This document shows positions 27,655-36,953 of a DNA stretch of 63,927 bases, one piece after another. The notes beneath the pieces are model-generated. The model saw only the letters and a program-made list of their open reading frames with translations, was not told the origin of the DNA and searched no databases. The stretch comes from Thermoplasmata archaeon. GTDB lineage: Archaea; Thermoplasmatota; Thermoplasmata; Lutacidiplasmatales; UBA184. The translations under genes and the position numbers were made by a program. The stretch is taken from the NCBI GenBank assembly GCA_022750455.1, contig JAKIVR010000004.1, forward strand, positions 1 through 63,927, in the 5' to 3' direction. Numbering within the stretch: the first letter of the stretch is position 1; the number at the start of each line of letters is the position of its first letter.

Positions 27655-28206
27655 TTACATGCAGATCCAGTTGCCGTCGAGGTCTACGCCGCAGATCGGC
27701 TCCCAGTCGTCGGGTCCGATCTGAGCGAAGCCGTGCGAGCTCATGCTGATGGTCGTGGTCGCTCCACCCTGCTGGAAGCCGTTCGCGGAGGTCCAGATGA
27801 CGCCGCCGCCCAGTGGGAGGCTGGTGCCGATCCCGGTCTCAAATCCCCAGGGGGTCGACGGGCCGTTCCCGCCGTTGACGTTCTGCATGACCAGCGCAAT
27901 CAAGGAGCCGGCGGTGAGACCGGAGGCGGTCCCGGAGATCATGCCGAGCTTGGCGGTGGAGTACCCGGCGGGGAGGCCGGTGGTGACGACGACCATTCCC
28001 AGCGAGGTGTTCAGTACCGGGGTTCCGCCGGTCTGGAATTGAACGTTCGACTGCCCGGCCGCGTGCGTCGGCGCGAATCCGGACACGACGAAGAGCCCGA
28101 CGACGAGCATCGCCAAGCCGCCCCAGAGAATTTGCCGTGTGCCGATGCTCCTGGTATTCTGAACTGCTGGTCCGGACATCGCTCGACGGACGGGCCAGTG
28201 ATTCAA
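27655..28206 (-). CDS. Secreted hypothetical protein
   Basis: Signal-peptide-like ILWGGLAMLVVGLFVVSGFAPTHAA; Gly/Thr/Ser-rich body; C-terminal ICGVDLDGNWICM. Confidence 0.65.
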   Translation of the reverse strand: MNHWPVRRAMSGPAVQNTRSIGTRQILWGGLAMLVVGLFVVSGFAPTHAAGQSNVQFQTGGTPVLNTSLGMVVVTTGLPAGYSTAKLGMISGTASGLTAGSLIALVMQNVNGGNGPSTPWGFETGIGTSLPLGGGVIWTSANGFQQGGATTTISMSSHGFAQIGPDDWEPICGVDLDGNWICM

Positions 28207-28419
28207 GCCTGTTGGCGTTCACCTATGATGGTCGCCGGGTCGTGGTGGCGCCACCGGTCGAACAAATCGAACGCTGGGCCCGACCGTCTGGTCCACGGGG
28301 TCCGGCTCCCGACCGACGGCCGGTGGGGGGGAACGCGGGTCTCCTCCCCTGCGCCCCGTCGAACCTCCAATTCTCGAGGAGGATCGTTTCGCCGACCCGA
28401 TCCCGGCGGGCCGCGGGGG

Positions 28420-29241
28420 TCATGCCTTCGGGCGTTGCAGGACCACCGCCAAGCGTCGGGAGTCGAACGAGACCGGCTCCGATCCCGAGAGGCTTCCGTA
28501 CGCCTGCCGGAACTTCCATCCCGATTCGTCGAACAGCTCCTTGATCTCGTGCAATGAGTACAGGCGCACGGTAATCTCCGTCTCGAACAGCCGTCGGAGA
28601 TGGCCCCGGCGCTGTTGCCGGTAATACGTCCACGTCGAATGCATCGTCGAGGACTCCCAGTCGAACTCCCGACGCTCGTGGATCTCCAGCCCGCTGGCGG
28701 TTCGCGAGATCCCCACCGGCTGGAACCGCCGAACGATCGAGTCGCGGTCCCCGGTCTCGAAGACGAAGATCCCACCGGGTCGGACCCAGCTTCGCAAGGA
28801 TCGGAAGACGGCGAGATCGCTCGACCGGCCTCGAAATCCCATCGAGGTGAACAGGCAGATGGCGGCGTCGAACGGCCGTTCGTGGGCGGCGCGAAGGGGG
28901 GGGCCCAGCGACCGGTAGTCCGCGATGTGGAACCGCGCGCGGGACGGCGGCAACCCCTCCCGTCGGGCCCATTGACGAGCCTCCTTCACGAACCCCGGCG
29001 ACAGGTCGCACCCGACCACGTCGAACCCGGCCTGTCCGAGCGGGACGATATCGCGTCCGATCCCGCAGGCGATGTCAAGGATCCGAGAGCCCGGGGCGAT
29101 CCCTCGTTCGACCAGGATCCGGCGGACCCCTTCGACCTCCGGCCGCGCTGCCGGTATGCTCGCGCGAAGCACCTCCGCGTACTCCGAGGAGTGGTCCAAG
29201 AAGATCGTCTCGGACCAGTGGGTCGGGGCTCGACGGGTCAT
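28420..29241 (-). CDS. Class I SAM-dependent methyltransferase
   Basis: ILDIACGIGR, VVGCDLS, FDAAICLFTSMG, PGGIFVFE. Confidence 0.9.
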   Translation of the reverse strand: MTRRAPTHWSETIFLDHSSEYAEVLRASIPAARPEVEGVRRILVERGIAPGSRILDIACGIGRDIVPLGQAGFDVVGCDLSPGFVKEARQWARREGLPPSRARFHIADYRSLGPPLRAAHERPFDAAICLFTSMGFRGRSSDLAVFRSLRSWVRPGGIFVFETGDRDSIVRRFQPVGISRTASGLEIHERREFDWESSTMHSTWTYYRQQRRGHLRRLFETEITVRLYSLHEIKELFDESGWKFRQAYGSLSGSEPVSFDSRRLAVVLQRPKA

Positions 29242-29351
29242 TCGAACGGTCGGGACGCGCGTTCGCCATAGAACGGTAGCGGCCGAGCCGAGGCTCCCCC
29301 GGAGAGAGGCCGACCAAGACGCGGCGGGCGCTGACGGGGCGCGCCGCGGGC

Positions 29352-29786
29352 CTACTTCGCCTGGGACGGAGCGCCACCGGGGGGCGCGTCGAGGACGGTG
29401 ACCTTCGCCTTCGCCCGGTCGCTCGCATGTTCGACGTAGATCTTCCACTTGTGCTGGCTCGTCCCCGTGCCGAGAAGGCGGTCGATCCCGACCTTGGAGA
29501 GATCCAAGACCTTCGTCTCGCCGTCCTTGGAGACTGCGCCCGCGAGCTCGAACTCGGGGAGGCGCCGGTCGAGGTCGCCGACGTTGGTGGCGGCGTGGTA
29601 CGTCACGATCTGCGGCTTGAAGCCGTGGCGCCCGAAATGGTCGGGCGCGTAGATCAGCATCGACTTGAACTTGTACTTGTGAAGCCCGGCGTTCCCGCGT
29701 CCGCCCTGCTTGCCGGCCCCGCGTCCCGCCTTGATGCCGCGGCCGTGGGTGCGCGATCCCCGGAACTTCCTCGTACGGCTCGGCAT
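29352..29786 (-). CDS. rpl15: 50S ribosomal protein L15 (uL15)
   Basis: RGSRTHGRG, GGRGNAG, HFGRHGF, LLGTG. Confidence 0.95.
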   Translation of the reverse strand: MPSRTRKFRGSRTHGRGIKAGRGAGKQGGRGNAGLHKYKFKSMLIYAPDHFGRHGFKPQIVTYHAATNVGDLDRRLPEFELAGAVSKDGETKVLDLSKVGIDRLLGTGTSQHKWKIYVEHASDRAKAKVTVLDAPPGGAPSQAK

Positions 29787-29796
29787 CGTCGACCTC

Positions 29797-30249
29797 CTAC
29801 AGCATCTTCCGGGCGAGGTCATTGATGGCGGCGCCGCGGTAGCCGAGAGCGCCGCCGAGGGTGAACGGCTTCTTCGTCGAACGCCAGCCGCCGCGAGGGG
29901 GCTTCAACCGGAACAGGGGGCGCACCGCCGGCTCGCCGTAGATCCCGTTCTTGCCGACCCGCTCGGCGAGACCGTCGGGCAGCGGGAGCGTCGTACCGTC
30001 CGGGCCCTCGGTCAGGAGACCTCCCCCCGGGCGTTGGCCCCGGGCCCCGAGCAGCTCGGCGACGGTCTTCGCGTCCGCCTCGCCCCAGGTGACGTAGCCG
30101 TTGACCTTCGTGATCATGCCGCGGAACGCGGCCGACTCCGGCACCACGGTGGCGTGGTTCGCGCGGGTGATGTGGAGCGATTGGAGCGTCTCGACGATGT
30201 CGTGCTTCGCGTGGATCGAGCCACGGACCCGGATGATCATCCACGCCAT
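29797..30249 (-). CDS. rpl30: 50S ribosomal protein L30 (uL30)
   Basis: IIRVRG, TLQSLHITRANH, YVTWGE, FRLKPPRGG, GALGYRG. Confidence 0.95.
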   Translation of the reverse strand: MAWMIIRVRGSIHAKHDIVETLQSLHITRANHATVVPESAAFRGMITKVNGYVTWGEADAKTVAELLGARGQRPGGGLLTEGPDGTTLPLPDGLAERVGKNGIYGEPAVRPLFRLKPPRGGWRSTKKPFTLGGALGYRGAAINDLARKML

Positions 30250-30252
30250 GGA

Positions 30253-31152
30253 CTAGCTCCTCACCGGCGGGCGAGCTCCGCCCGGACCGCCGGGGCGCCC
30301 CGGTCCGCCGCCGCCTCCCGGACGACCCGGTCCCCCGCCGCCCGGCCGTCGGCCACCCGGCCCGCCGCGGCCCCGACCGCGACCTCGGCCGCCGGGACCG
30401 CTGCGCGCTCCAGGCGGCAGGTTCTCCTTGGGCGGCAAGATGGAGACCCCGATGGGTCCCTGCACGATCTTCAGACGCGCGATGTCCTCCTCGGGGACCT
30501 TCATCTGCGAGAGCGCCCGAAGCGCCTCGAACACCGCCTGGGCGTAGTTGACCGTGGTCTTGGTGTGGCCATCGGTGTACCCCCACGCGTCGGTGATCCC
30601 GGCGAACCGGAGGATCGGCTTCGCGACGTCCCCGACGGCGAGTCCGACGCCCCGGGGCGCCGGCTTGAGGGTGACGACGACCGACCCGGAACGGGCGTGG
30701 ATCTGGAACGGCACGGTGTGGGACCGGCCGCAGCCGCACTCCCAGCTGCCGCAGCCGCGGAGCGTCTCGACGACGTTGAGCTTCGCCCGGTCGATGGCGC
30801 GCCGGATCGTCGGACCGACCTCCTTCCCCTTCGCGCGGCCGAGCCCGACGAACCCGTCGCCGTTGCCGACGACGACCGTGACGGCGAATTTGAACCGACG
30901 GCCCGAGTCCGTCATGCGCTGGACCATGTTGACGTCCAGCACCTCGTCGTGGAGCGCGGGGAGCAGCGTATCGACGATCGGGGCCTCCCGGATCGGGAGG
31001 CCGGTGCGGATCGCCTGGGACATCGTCGTGATCTCGCCGGAGGCGACTCGCTTCCCCAGCTCGGTGCGAGGGACCCACGGTGGCGCCGGGGCGCGCGGAG
31101 GACCTCCGCCATACCCTCCCGACGAGGGAGGGGGCGCGGCCATCGCGGTCAT
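30253..31152 (-). CDS. rps5: 30S ribosomal protein S5 (uS5) with Gly/Pro N-terminal and RG-rich C-terminal extensions
   Basis: WVPRTELGK, VQRMTDSGRR, RGCGSWECGC, PAPRGVGL. Confidence 0.96.
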   Translation of the reverse strand: MTAMAAPPPSSGGYGGGPPRAPAPPWVPRTELGKRVASGEITTMSQAIRTGLPIREAPIVDTLLPALHDEVLDVNMVQRMTDSGRRFKFAVTVVVGNGDGFVGLGRAKGKEVGPTIRRAIDRAKLNVVETLRGCGSWECGCGRSHTVPFQIHARSGSVVVTLKPAPRGVGLAVGDVAKPILRFAGITDAWGYTDGHTKTTVNYAQAVFEALRALSQMKVPEEDIARLKIVQGPIGVSILPPKENLPPGARSGPGGRGRGRGRGGPGGRRPGGGGPGRPGGGGGPGRPGGPGGARPPVRS

Positions 31153-31673
31153 GCCGCCGCCCCACGTTCGACGAGCTTGCCGACCCGTCCCTTGAACGTC
31201 TCGAGCGGCTCGGAGAGGGGGGTCTTCAGGTGGGAGCCGTTCAACCGGTCCGCGCTCGGGAAGTCGTCCCGACCGCACGGGACTTCGAGCCCGGCGTCGC
31301 GCAGTCCCTTCACGGCGCTGAGGAGGCGTCCGCCCGCGGTGGTGTGCCGCAGGCCGGCGTCGAGGATCGCATCGGTCGCGCCGACCTTCTTCGCCCGGAG
31401 CCCGGCGAGGTACCCGGTGAGGTACGCGGCGGGGGTCGAGTGGAGGCTGCCGGCCGGGAACCCGATCTCGGGGAGCTCCAACGACTCGGCGGAGGCGACC
31501 ACCCGGTCGCCGACGGGGTCGTAGGTGGTGAGCGCCACGATCACCCGCTTGTTCGAGAAGCGGACGACGGCGCGGGGCCGCTCGGAGAGGAGGAGCTTCA
31601 GACGGTGTCGGTAGTCGGTGGTGCCGTCCCGGCGGCGCCGGAACGGGACGCGGTACCGGGGTCCGCGGCTCAT
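31149..31673 (-). CDS. rpl18: 50S ribosomal protein L18 (uL18)
   Basis: YRVPFRRRRDGTTDYRHRLKLL, AAYLTGYLAG. Confidence 0.96.
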   Translation of the reverse strand: MSRGPRYRVPFRRRRDGTTDYRHRLKLLLSERPRAVVRFSNKRVIVALTTYDPVGDRVVASAESLELPEIGFPAGSLHSTPAAYLTGYLAGLRAKKVGATDAILDAGLRHTTAGGRLLSAVKGLRDAGLEVPCGRDDFPSADRLNGSHLKTPLSEPLETFKGRVGKLVERGAAA

Positions 31674-32131
31674 ATCGGGAGCTCCTTGATCGCGCCGGCG
31701 AGCTTGAGGTTCAGCATGAGGTGCGAGCGGCTGCGGAACATGCCGCCCTTCGCCCGGCGGTAGAAGCGGCGATACTCGCTCGCCGGGATCTTCTTCGTAT
31801 CGCGGAGCTCGGCCAACAGCTCCCGTTGCGCGCGGATCCGGAGCATCCATCGGGACTTCTTCGGGACGCGGGCGTACGGCGAGCCCTTCCGGGATCCGTC
31901 GCCCCGGTGCCGGCCCTTGTCGAGCTCGGCCTGGTGGACCCGGGCGCGCACCCGGGAGGTGCCGACGACGGGGAGGGCGCGGATGACCCGGGCCTTGATC
32001 GCGGCGCGGACGTCCTGGCGCGTGACGGCATCGGCGAGATCCTCCGTCCGCGACGGGTCGAGCCAGACGCGGCCCTCGCCGCACTTCAACAACGCCGCCG
32101 CCAGGCGGCGCTGGTTCGATAGGTCGGGCAC
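31670..32131 (-). CDS. rpl19e: 50S ribosomal protein L19e
   Basis: QRRLAAALLKCGEGRVWLDP, GRHRGDGSRKG, KGGMF. Confidence 0.96.
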   Translation of the reverse strand: MPDLSNQRRLAAALLKCGEGRVWLDPSRTEDLADAVTRQDVRAAIKARVIRALPVVGTSRVRARVHQAELDKGRHRGDGSRKGSPYARVPKKSRWMLRIRAQRELLAELRDTKKIPASEYRRFYRRAKGGMFRSRSHLMLNLKLAGAIKELPI

Positions 32132-32132
32132 G

Positions 32133-32720
32133 TCACTCCTCCGCCCGCTCGGAGAAGAGCGGGTTCAAAAGGTGGACGCCTCGCCGGCGCGCCGCCTCTT
32201 CGAGCTGCAGCCGCCGCCGGGTCCCCACGGCGCGCGCTACGATCGCCGCGTCGCGCTTCGCGTCGAGCGCTTCGACCTCGGCGATGGTGCGGACGATCAC
32301 CGGGCGGAATCCGGAGGGGGTGAGGCCGCGGGCGGCCTTCGGGCCGCGGAAACCGATCGAGACGACGGTCGGCCGGTAGCCGTAGTGCCGGCGCTGCTTC
32401 GACTGCTGCCCCTTCGGTCGGCGCCACGAATCCCACCGGCCGATGCGGTGGTATCGGTGGGACGCGGTGCGAACGAACAACGGACGGCGGCCGGAGGTCT
32501 CGCCGCGGACGCGCAGGAGGCGCTTCGTCTCCGGGTCGAGCGTCGGACGGCGGGGCGCCTTCGGGCCCTCCTCCTTCTTGGGGGCCGACTTCTTCTCCTC
32601 GGAGCTCTCCTTCCCCTTCGACTCGGTCGAGGGGGCGGAGGCGGCCTTCGGCTTCTTGGTCCGGGGCTTCGCGGGGGCCTTCGACGTCGACTCCTTGGGC
32701 GTCTCGGGCTCGTCCGCCAT
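32133..32720 (-). CDS. rpl32e: 50S ribosomal protein L32e with charged N-terminal extension
   Basis: WRRPKGQQSKQRR, GFRGPKAARGLTPSG. Confidence 0.95.
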   Translation of the reverse strand: MADEPETPKESTSKAPAKPRTKKPKAASAPSTESKGKESSEEKKSAPKKEEGPKAPRRPTLDPETKRLLRVRGETSGRRPLFVRTASHRYHRIGRWDSWRRPKGQQSKQRRHYGYRPTVVSIGFRGPKAARGLTPSGFRPVIVRTIAEVEALDAKRDAAIVARAVGTRRRLQLEEAARRRGVHLLNPLFSERAEE

Positions 32721-33289
32721 CAGGCCTCCACGGGATGCGCCTTGTCGACGATGTAGATGCCGTCTTGGAAGACGCGCGGGTCGTACTCCCGGATGTGGGT
32801 CGTCCGCTCGATCGTGGCGGCCGCGATGCCGACGCGCTCGATGTCGATCCCCTCGAGCTTCACGAACTCGCCGTCGACCGTCGCCTGGACCCCCGGGGGG
32901 ATCGCGGCGGTGCGGGGGAACTTCTCGCCGAGGAAGTTCTCGATGAGGAGGTGGTCGCCCTTGACCTGGAGCTTCATCGGAAAGTGCGCGGCGACGCTCT
33001 TCAGGCGCGCCTCGAACCCTTTCGTCACGCCGACGACCATGTTCTTGCAGTGCGCTTCCCACGTGTTGAGGAGCGCCTTCGACTGCTTGCGGCGCGGCGG
33101 CAGTCGCAGGGTCATCTCGATCTGCGTCGCGTCGACCTTGAGGCCGAGCGCGTCGACGGGGAGCACGCGGGTGAGCGTCCCCTTCGGACCTTTCACCGTC
33201 AGCTCGCGGCCGCCGAGCTTGGCGGTGACGCCCTTCGGCAGGGGGACGGACGCCGACGTCTTCGCCGGCGCTTCGCCCTTAATAGACAT
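32720..33289 (-). CDS. rpl6: 50S ribosomal protein L6 (uL6)
   Basis: VKGPKG, HFPM, ENFLGEK, YDPRVFQDGIYI. Confidence 0.96.
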   Translation of the reverse strand: MSIKGEAPAKTSASVPLPKGVTAKLGGRELTVKGPKGTLTRVLPVDALGLKVDATQIEMTLRLPPRRKQSKALLNTWEAHCKNMVVGVTKGFEARLKSVAAHFPMKLQVKGDHLLIENFLGEKFPRTAAIPPGVQATVDGEFVKLEGIDIERVGIAAATIERTTHIREYDPRVFQDGIYIVDKAHPVEA

Positions 33290-33668
33290 AGGCGACGATC
33301 CTCCCACCGATCTTCAGCTCGCGGGCCTTGGTCTGGCCCATGACGCCCCGGTTCGTGCTCAGCACGAGCAGACCGAAGTCCTGGGCGGGCAGGAAGCGCG
33401 CTTCGTAACTCTCGAGGTCGCGGCTGCGGACCGAGAGACGGGGCTTGACGACCCCGCACTGGTTGATGCGCCGCGAGAGGATGACCTGGTACGCCCCGCC
33501 GCGGCCGTTCTGGACGAAGGTGAACTCCTTGACGTACTGGTGCTCCTGCAACAGGCGTAGCACCTCGCCGATCAGCCGGCTGGACGGAGCGAGGGTGACC
33601 GTCGCCTGCCCTTGCTGGTCCGCATGCCGGAGCGTGACCAAGGCGTCATTGAGAAGATCGTGCCGCAT
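33279..33668 (-). CDS. rps8: 30S ribosomal protein S8 (uS8)
   Basis: RINQCGVVKPR, LPAQDFGLLVLST, GGRIVAYVY. Confidence 0.96.
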   Translation of the reverse strand: MRHDLLNDALVTLRHADQQGQATVTLAPSSRLIGEVLRLLQEHQYVKEFTFVQNGRGGAYQVILSRRINQCGVVKPRLSVRSRDLESYEARFLPAQDFGLLVLSTNRGVMGQTKARELKIGGRIVAYVY

Positions 33669-33678
33669 GAGTACCCCC

Positions 33679-33831
33679 TTAGACGTACTTCCTGAACCCG
33701 AGGTCGTAGGCGACCTCGCGGAAGCACTGGCGGCAGAGATGCAGTCCGTAGCGGCGGACGATGCCGCGCTTGCGGTCGCACCGGGCGCAGCCGACGCGAC
33801 GTCCGAATGCCTTGCGGGGTTTGTCGACCAT
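33679..33831 (-). CDS. rps14: 30S ribosomal protein S14 (Zn type)
   Basis: Manually read, absent from ORF track: [50 protein letters not shown]. Confidence 0.95.
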   Translation of the reverse strand: MVDKPRKAFGRRVGCARCDRKRGIVRRYGLHLCRQCFREVAYDLGFRKYV

Positions 33832-33836
33832 CGTGC

Positions 33837-34373
33837 TCACTCCAGGAACTTGGCCTTGTACTCGGTCTCGAGGAACTGGCGCGTCTCGGCGGGGGTCACG
33901 CGCATCGACTTGGGGACTGAGCGAGGGCGGCGCAGCCGATCGCGGATCCGCCAGCCGGGGCGGCCGATCTCGACGCAGACGTCCATTCCGTGGATCCCGA
34001 TTGTCGGGTCGTACTTCATTCCGATGAAGTCGGTGTAGTCCGCGACGCCGAACGAGAAGTTGCCGTCCCGGTCGATCGAGTCGGGATCGAGCTGGCGGTC
34101 TCGGGCGTCGAGGGCCCGGTTCAGGAAGTCGGTGGCCAAAGCTCCCCGGAGGGTGACCTTCGCCCCGATCGCCTGGCCGATCCGCAAGCCCCAGTCGCGA
34201 TTGGTGGAGCGGGATTTGGTGGAGACCGGCTTCTGCTTGGCGACCATCTGGATGACCTTCTCCGCCTTCGCGCGGGGATCGCCGGACTCGCCGACGCCGG
34301 CGTTGATGACGATCTTCACAACCCGGACCCTCCGGGTCGGGTTGGTGGAGGCGGCGGTCGCGGGGGCACTCAT
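33837..34373 (-). CDS. rpl5: 50S ribosomal protein L5 (uL5)
   Basis: [36 protein letters not shown]. Confidence 0.96.
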   Translation of the reverse strand: MSAPATAASTNPTRRVRVVKIVINAGVGESGDPRAKAEKVIQMVAKQKPVSTKSRSTNRDWGLRIGQAIGAKVTLRGALATDFLNRALDARDRQLDPDSIDRDGNFSFGVADYTDFIGMKYDPTIGIHGMDVCVEIGRPGWRIRDRLRRPRSVPKSMRVTPAETRQFLETEYKAKFLE

Positions 34374-34375
34374 CC

Positions 34376-35089
34376 CTAGATCCCTCCGCCGGGCAACTGG
34401 ACCTGCGGGGTGTTCTCCCCGATGACGAAGACGTACTCCTTGATGCTCGAGAAACCCTCCGTGAAGTGGACGAGGTTCGGCTGGGGCGAGTTGACGACCT
34501 CGATCCGATCGATCTTGGCGATCTCCCCGACGTGGGAGCCCCCCGCCAGGTACGCGAGGAGGCCGGGCTTGAGAGGCAGGTGGAGCAGGACCTTCTGGTC
34601 CGGCAGGCCGATCTTCAAGGAGTCCCCGACGCGCCACGTCGCCTTCGCCGGCGCGATCAGGTTCCGTCCGTCGTGGAGCGTCACCTGGGTCTTCCCCTCG
34701 GAGACGGTCGTCTTGCGTCGGACCTGACCAATCTTGAACGCCGCCTCGGCGGCCGTGATCTTCACGAGTCGGAACCGTCCGCTTTGGTCCTTCAGCAGCC
34801 GGAAGTGCTCGTCGACCGGTTTGGCGAAGCTCACGGTGTCCATGAGGCCGACACCGCGGGCGACCTCGCGCACGATCTTCCCGTCGACGCTGACGAGCCC
34901 TTCCCGCAGGATCGCTCGCGCCTCGCGCGCCGTGCGGGCGACGCCGCGCACTTCTCGGAGCAGCTGGACCATCGGGATCGCCTCCGTCTGGGGGTGAGCG
35001 CCGGCGGCGACGCGTTGGACCCACTTCGTCCCTTTGCGCGGGATCGCCCACGTGCGTGGGGAGGCGCCCCGCTTCAGGCGGCGCGTCAT
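34376..35089 (-). CDS. rps4e: 30S ribosomal protein S4e
   Basis: [35 protein letters not shown]. Confidence 0.95.
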   Translation of the reverse strand: MTRRLKRGASPRTWAIPRKGTKWVQRVAAGAHPQTEAIPMVQLLREVRGVARTAREARAILREGLVSVDGKIVREVARGVGLMDTVSFAKPVDEHFRLLKDQSGRFRLVKITAAEAAFKIGQVRRKTTVSEGKTQVTLHDGRNLIAPAKATWRVGDSLKIGLPDQKVLLHLPLKPGLLAYLAGGSHVGEIAKIDRIEVVNSPQPNLVHFTEGFSSIKEYVFVIGENTPQVQLPGGGI

Positions 35090-35562
35090 TCGCTGGCCTC
35101 CTTCGCCTTCGGGCTCTCAGAAGTCGCGGTCGCGGCGGGCTTCTCGGCCGGTGGGGTCGAAGAGATCGACGGCGCCGGGCTCTCTTCCAGACCCTCGCCT
35201 TCGGGGACCTTCAGACGCTGGCGGCGCCACGGGTCGGCGAGGTTGAGGCGGGTGAGCACGAGATGGGCGGGCTTGAGAGGGAGCGGCTTCAGCTTCGCGT
35301 CGGCCTTCTTGAGGGTCACATTGTCGAGAGTGACGGTGCCGTCCCGGACGTTCACCTTCGCGACGCGCTCCTCTCGGCCCTCGAAGGAGCCGGAGATGAT
35401 CCGCGCGGTGTCGCCCTTGCGGATCGTGACGTTGCGGCGGGCGTACCGGGTCCGGAGCTCCGTGCTGAGCGGGGCCCGCAACTGGCGGCGCTTCTCGACG
35501 TTGTGCCGGTTGTACATCGACGCGCGCTGCTTGCGCGGTAGGGAGGAGGTGGTCATCGTCAT
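35086..35562 (-). CDS. rpl24: 50S ribosomal protein L24 (uL24)
   Basis: PRKQRA, IRKGDT KOW motif; start 35562 or 35556. Confidence 0.94.
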   Translation of the reverse strand: MTMTTSSLPRKQRASMYNRHNVEKRRQLRAPLSTELRTRYARRNVTIRKGDTARIISGSFEGREERVAKVNVRDGTVTLDNVTLKKADAKLKPLPLKPAHLVLTRLNLADPWRRQRLKVPEGEGLEESPAPSISSTPPAEKPAATATSESPKAKEASE

Positions 35563-35576
35563 CGGTGCTTCTCCTC

Positions 35577-35975
35577 CTATACGATGATCGACGAAGCGGC
35601 CGCGATGCGCGGCCAACGCTCCGCCGCCTCCTTGGCGACGGGTCCTTTGATCTGGGAGCCTTTGATCTCGCCGGTCTCGGTCGTGATGACCGCGGCGTTG
35701 TCCTCGAACATGAGGCGCGTGCCATCGGCGCGGCGGATCGGGGAGCGGGAGCGTACGATGATCGCGTGCACGACCTGCTTACGGATATCCGGGGTCCCCT
35801 TCTTCACGCTCGCGATGATCAGATCGGCGATCCCCGCCCGCGGGTAGCGGCGGTGCGTGCCGTGCCAGTTGTGCACGGAGATGATCTCAATCACCTTCGC
35901 CCCGGTGTTGTCGACGACGTCCAAGCGGGCGCCCTTCGGGAGACCGCGTCCCCGCCGACCAGCGAGTCCCTTCAC
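35577..35975 (-). CDS. rpl14: 50S ribosomal protein L14 (uL14)
   Basis: VVDNTGAK, VKKGTP, FEDNAAVI, KGPVAKEAAERWPRIA. Confidence 0.96.
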   Translation of the reverse strand: MKGLAGRRGRGLPKGARLDVVDNTGAKVIEIISVHNWHGTHRRYPRAGIADLIIASVKKGTPDIRKQVVHAIIVRSRSPIRRADGTRLMFEDNAAVITTETGEIKGSQIKGPVAKEAAERWPRIAAASSIIV

Positions 35976-36406
35976 GTCTCCTCCGTCTCGGCGACCTTCG
36001 GTGGCGAGGGCGTCGCAACGGCCTCCTCGGCGGCGAGCTTGCGGGCCGCTTCGCCCATGTCCTGGACGATGCAGAAGGAGACGGTCTTCGCGATCGGACG
36101 GGTCTCGGCGATCCGGACCTTGTGACCGACCTGGATCTTCAGGCACGGGGGGTTGTGGGCGAGGTAGCGTCGACGGCGCTTCTCGTACCGCTCGTACTTC
36201 GGGATGAAGTGGAGGAGCGTGCGCTCGACGACGGCGGTCCGCTGCATCGCGGTCGACACGACGGTCCCTTCGAGGATCTGGCCGCGGACGTTGAGGCGCC
36301 CGTGGAACGGGCAGTGGTCGTCGTCGCACTTCGTCTTCGGCGCCCGGACGTCGAGACCGATGTCCCGGGCCGGGGCGGCGCGACGGGGGCTAGCGGCAGG
36401 ACTCAT
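35972..36406 (-). CDS. rps17: 30S ribosomal protein S17 (uS17)
   Basis: CDDDHCPFHG, KYERYEKRR, AHNPPC, ETRPIAKT. Confidence 0.96.
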   Translation of the reverse strand: MSPAASPRRAAPARDIGLDVRAPKTKCDDDHCPFHGRLNVRGQILEGTVVSTAMQRTAVVERTLLHFIPKYERYEKRRRRYLAHNPPCLKIQVGHKVRIAETRPIAKTVSFCIVQDMGEAARKLAAEEAVATPSPPKVAETEET

Positions 36407-36726
36407 GCAGTTCTCCGGCGACCGCGCCACGCCAAGCGCTTGGTGCGGTCTTCGGGACGGACGCGAAGGGCATCGCCAGATAACGGTAACTCTCGCGCGT
36501 CGAGGGCGATCGTGCCGGTGACGCCGGACTTCGGGATCCGGAGCTCCCGGCCGTCGGCGAGGCGGACCACGAACAGGTTCATCGTCTCGTCCACGAGCGT
36601 GCCGTCGACCGGGAGGTGAGCGAGGCCCGGGGCGTGATCGAGGTGGATTGGAGCGCCCAGGATCTCCCCTTGGAACCGGGCGTCGATCGATCCGCTCTCC
36701 ATCTTCCGACCCTCCCTTCCGTTCAC
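36403..36726 (-). CDS. rnp1: Ribonuclease P protein component 1 (Rpp29)
   Basis: GTLVDETMN, IPKSG, RPEDRTK; position between L29 and S17; start GTG 36726 or ATG 36702. Confidence 0.85.
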   Translation of the reverse strand: MNGREGRKMESGSIDARFQGEILGAPIHLDHAPGLAHLPVDGTLVDETMNLFVVRLADGRELRIPKSGVTGTIALDARELPLSGDALRVRPEDRTKRLAWRGRRRTA

Positions 36727-36953
36727 GGTTTCGCCGGGCGGGCGCGGGCAGCTTGAATGCGCCGCTCGGATTCGACCGTCAGGGCGCGGGCGACGTTGGT
36801 CCGGAGCTTGCGCATCCGGCCGGGGCTGGGGGGCGCGCCGCCCATCGCGGCGACCCCGCGCTCGCGGAGCAGATCGTTCTCGATCTCGCCGATCCGCCGG
36901 GTGAGCTCCTCGTCGGTGAGGGCCCGAAGGTCCTTGAGGCGAAGCAGCGTCAC
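36723..36953 (-). CDS. rpl29: 50S ribosomal protein L29 (uL29)
   Basis: LKDLRALTDEEL, PGRMRKLRTNVARALT. Confidence 0.95.
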   Translation of the reverse strand: MTLLRLKDLRALTDEELTRRIGEIENDLLRERGVAAMGGAPPSPGRMRKLRTNVARALTVESERRIQAARARPAKP

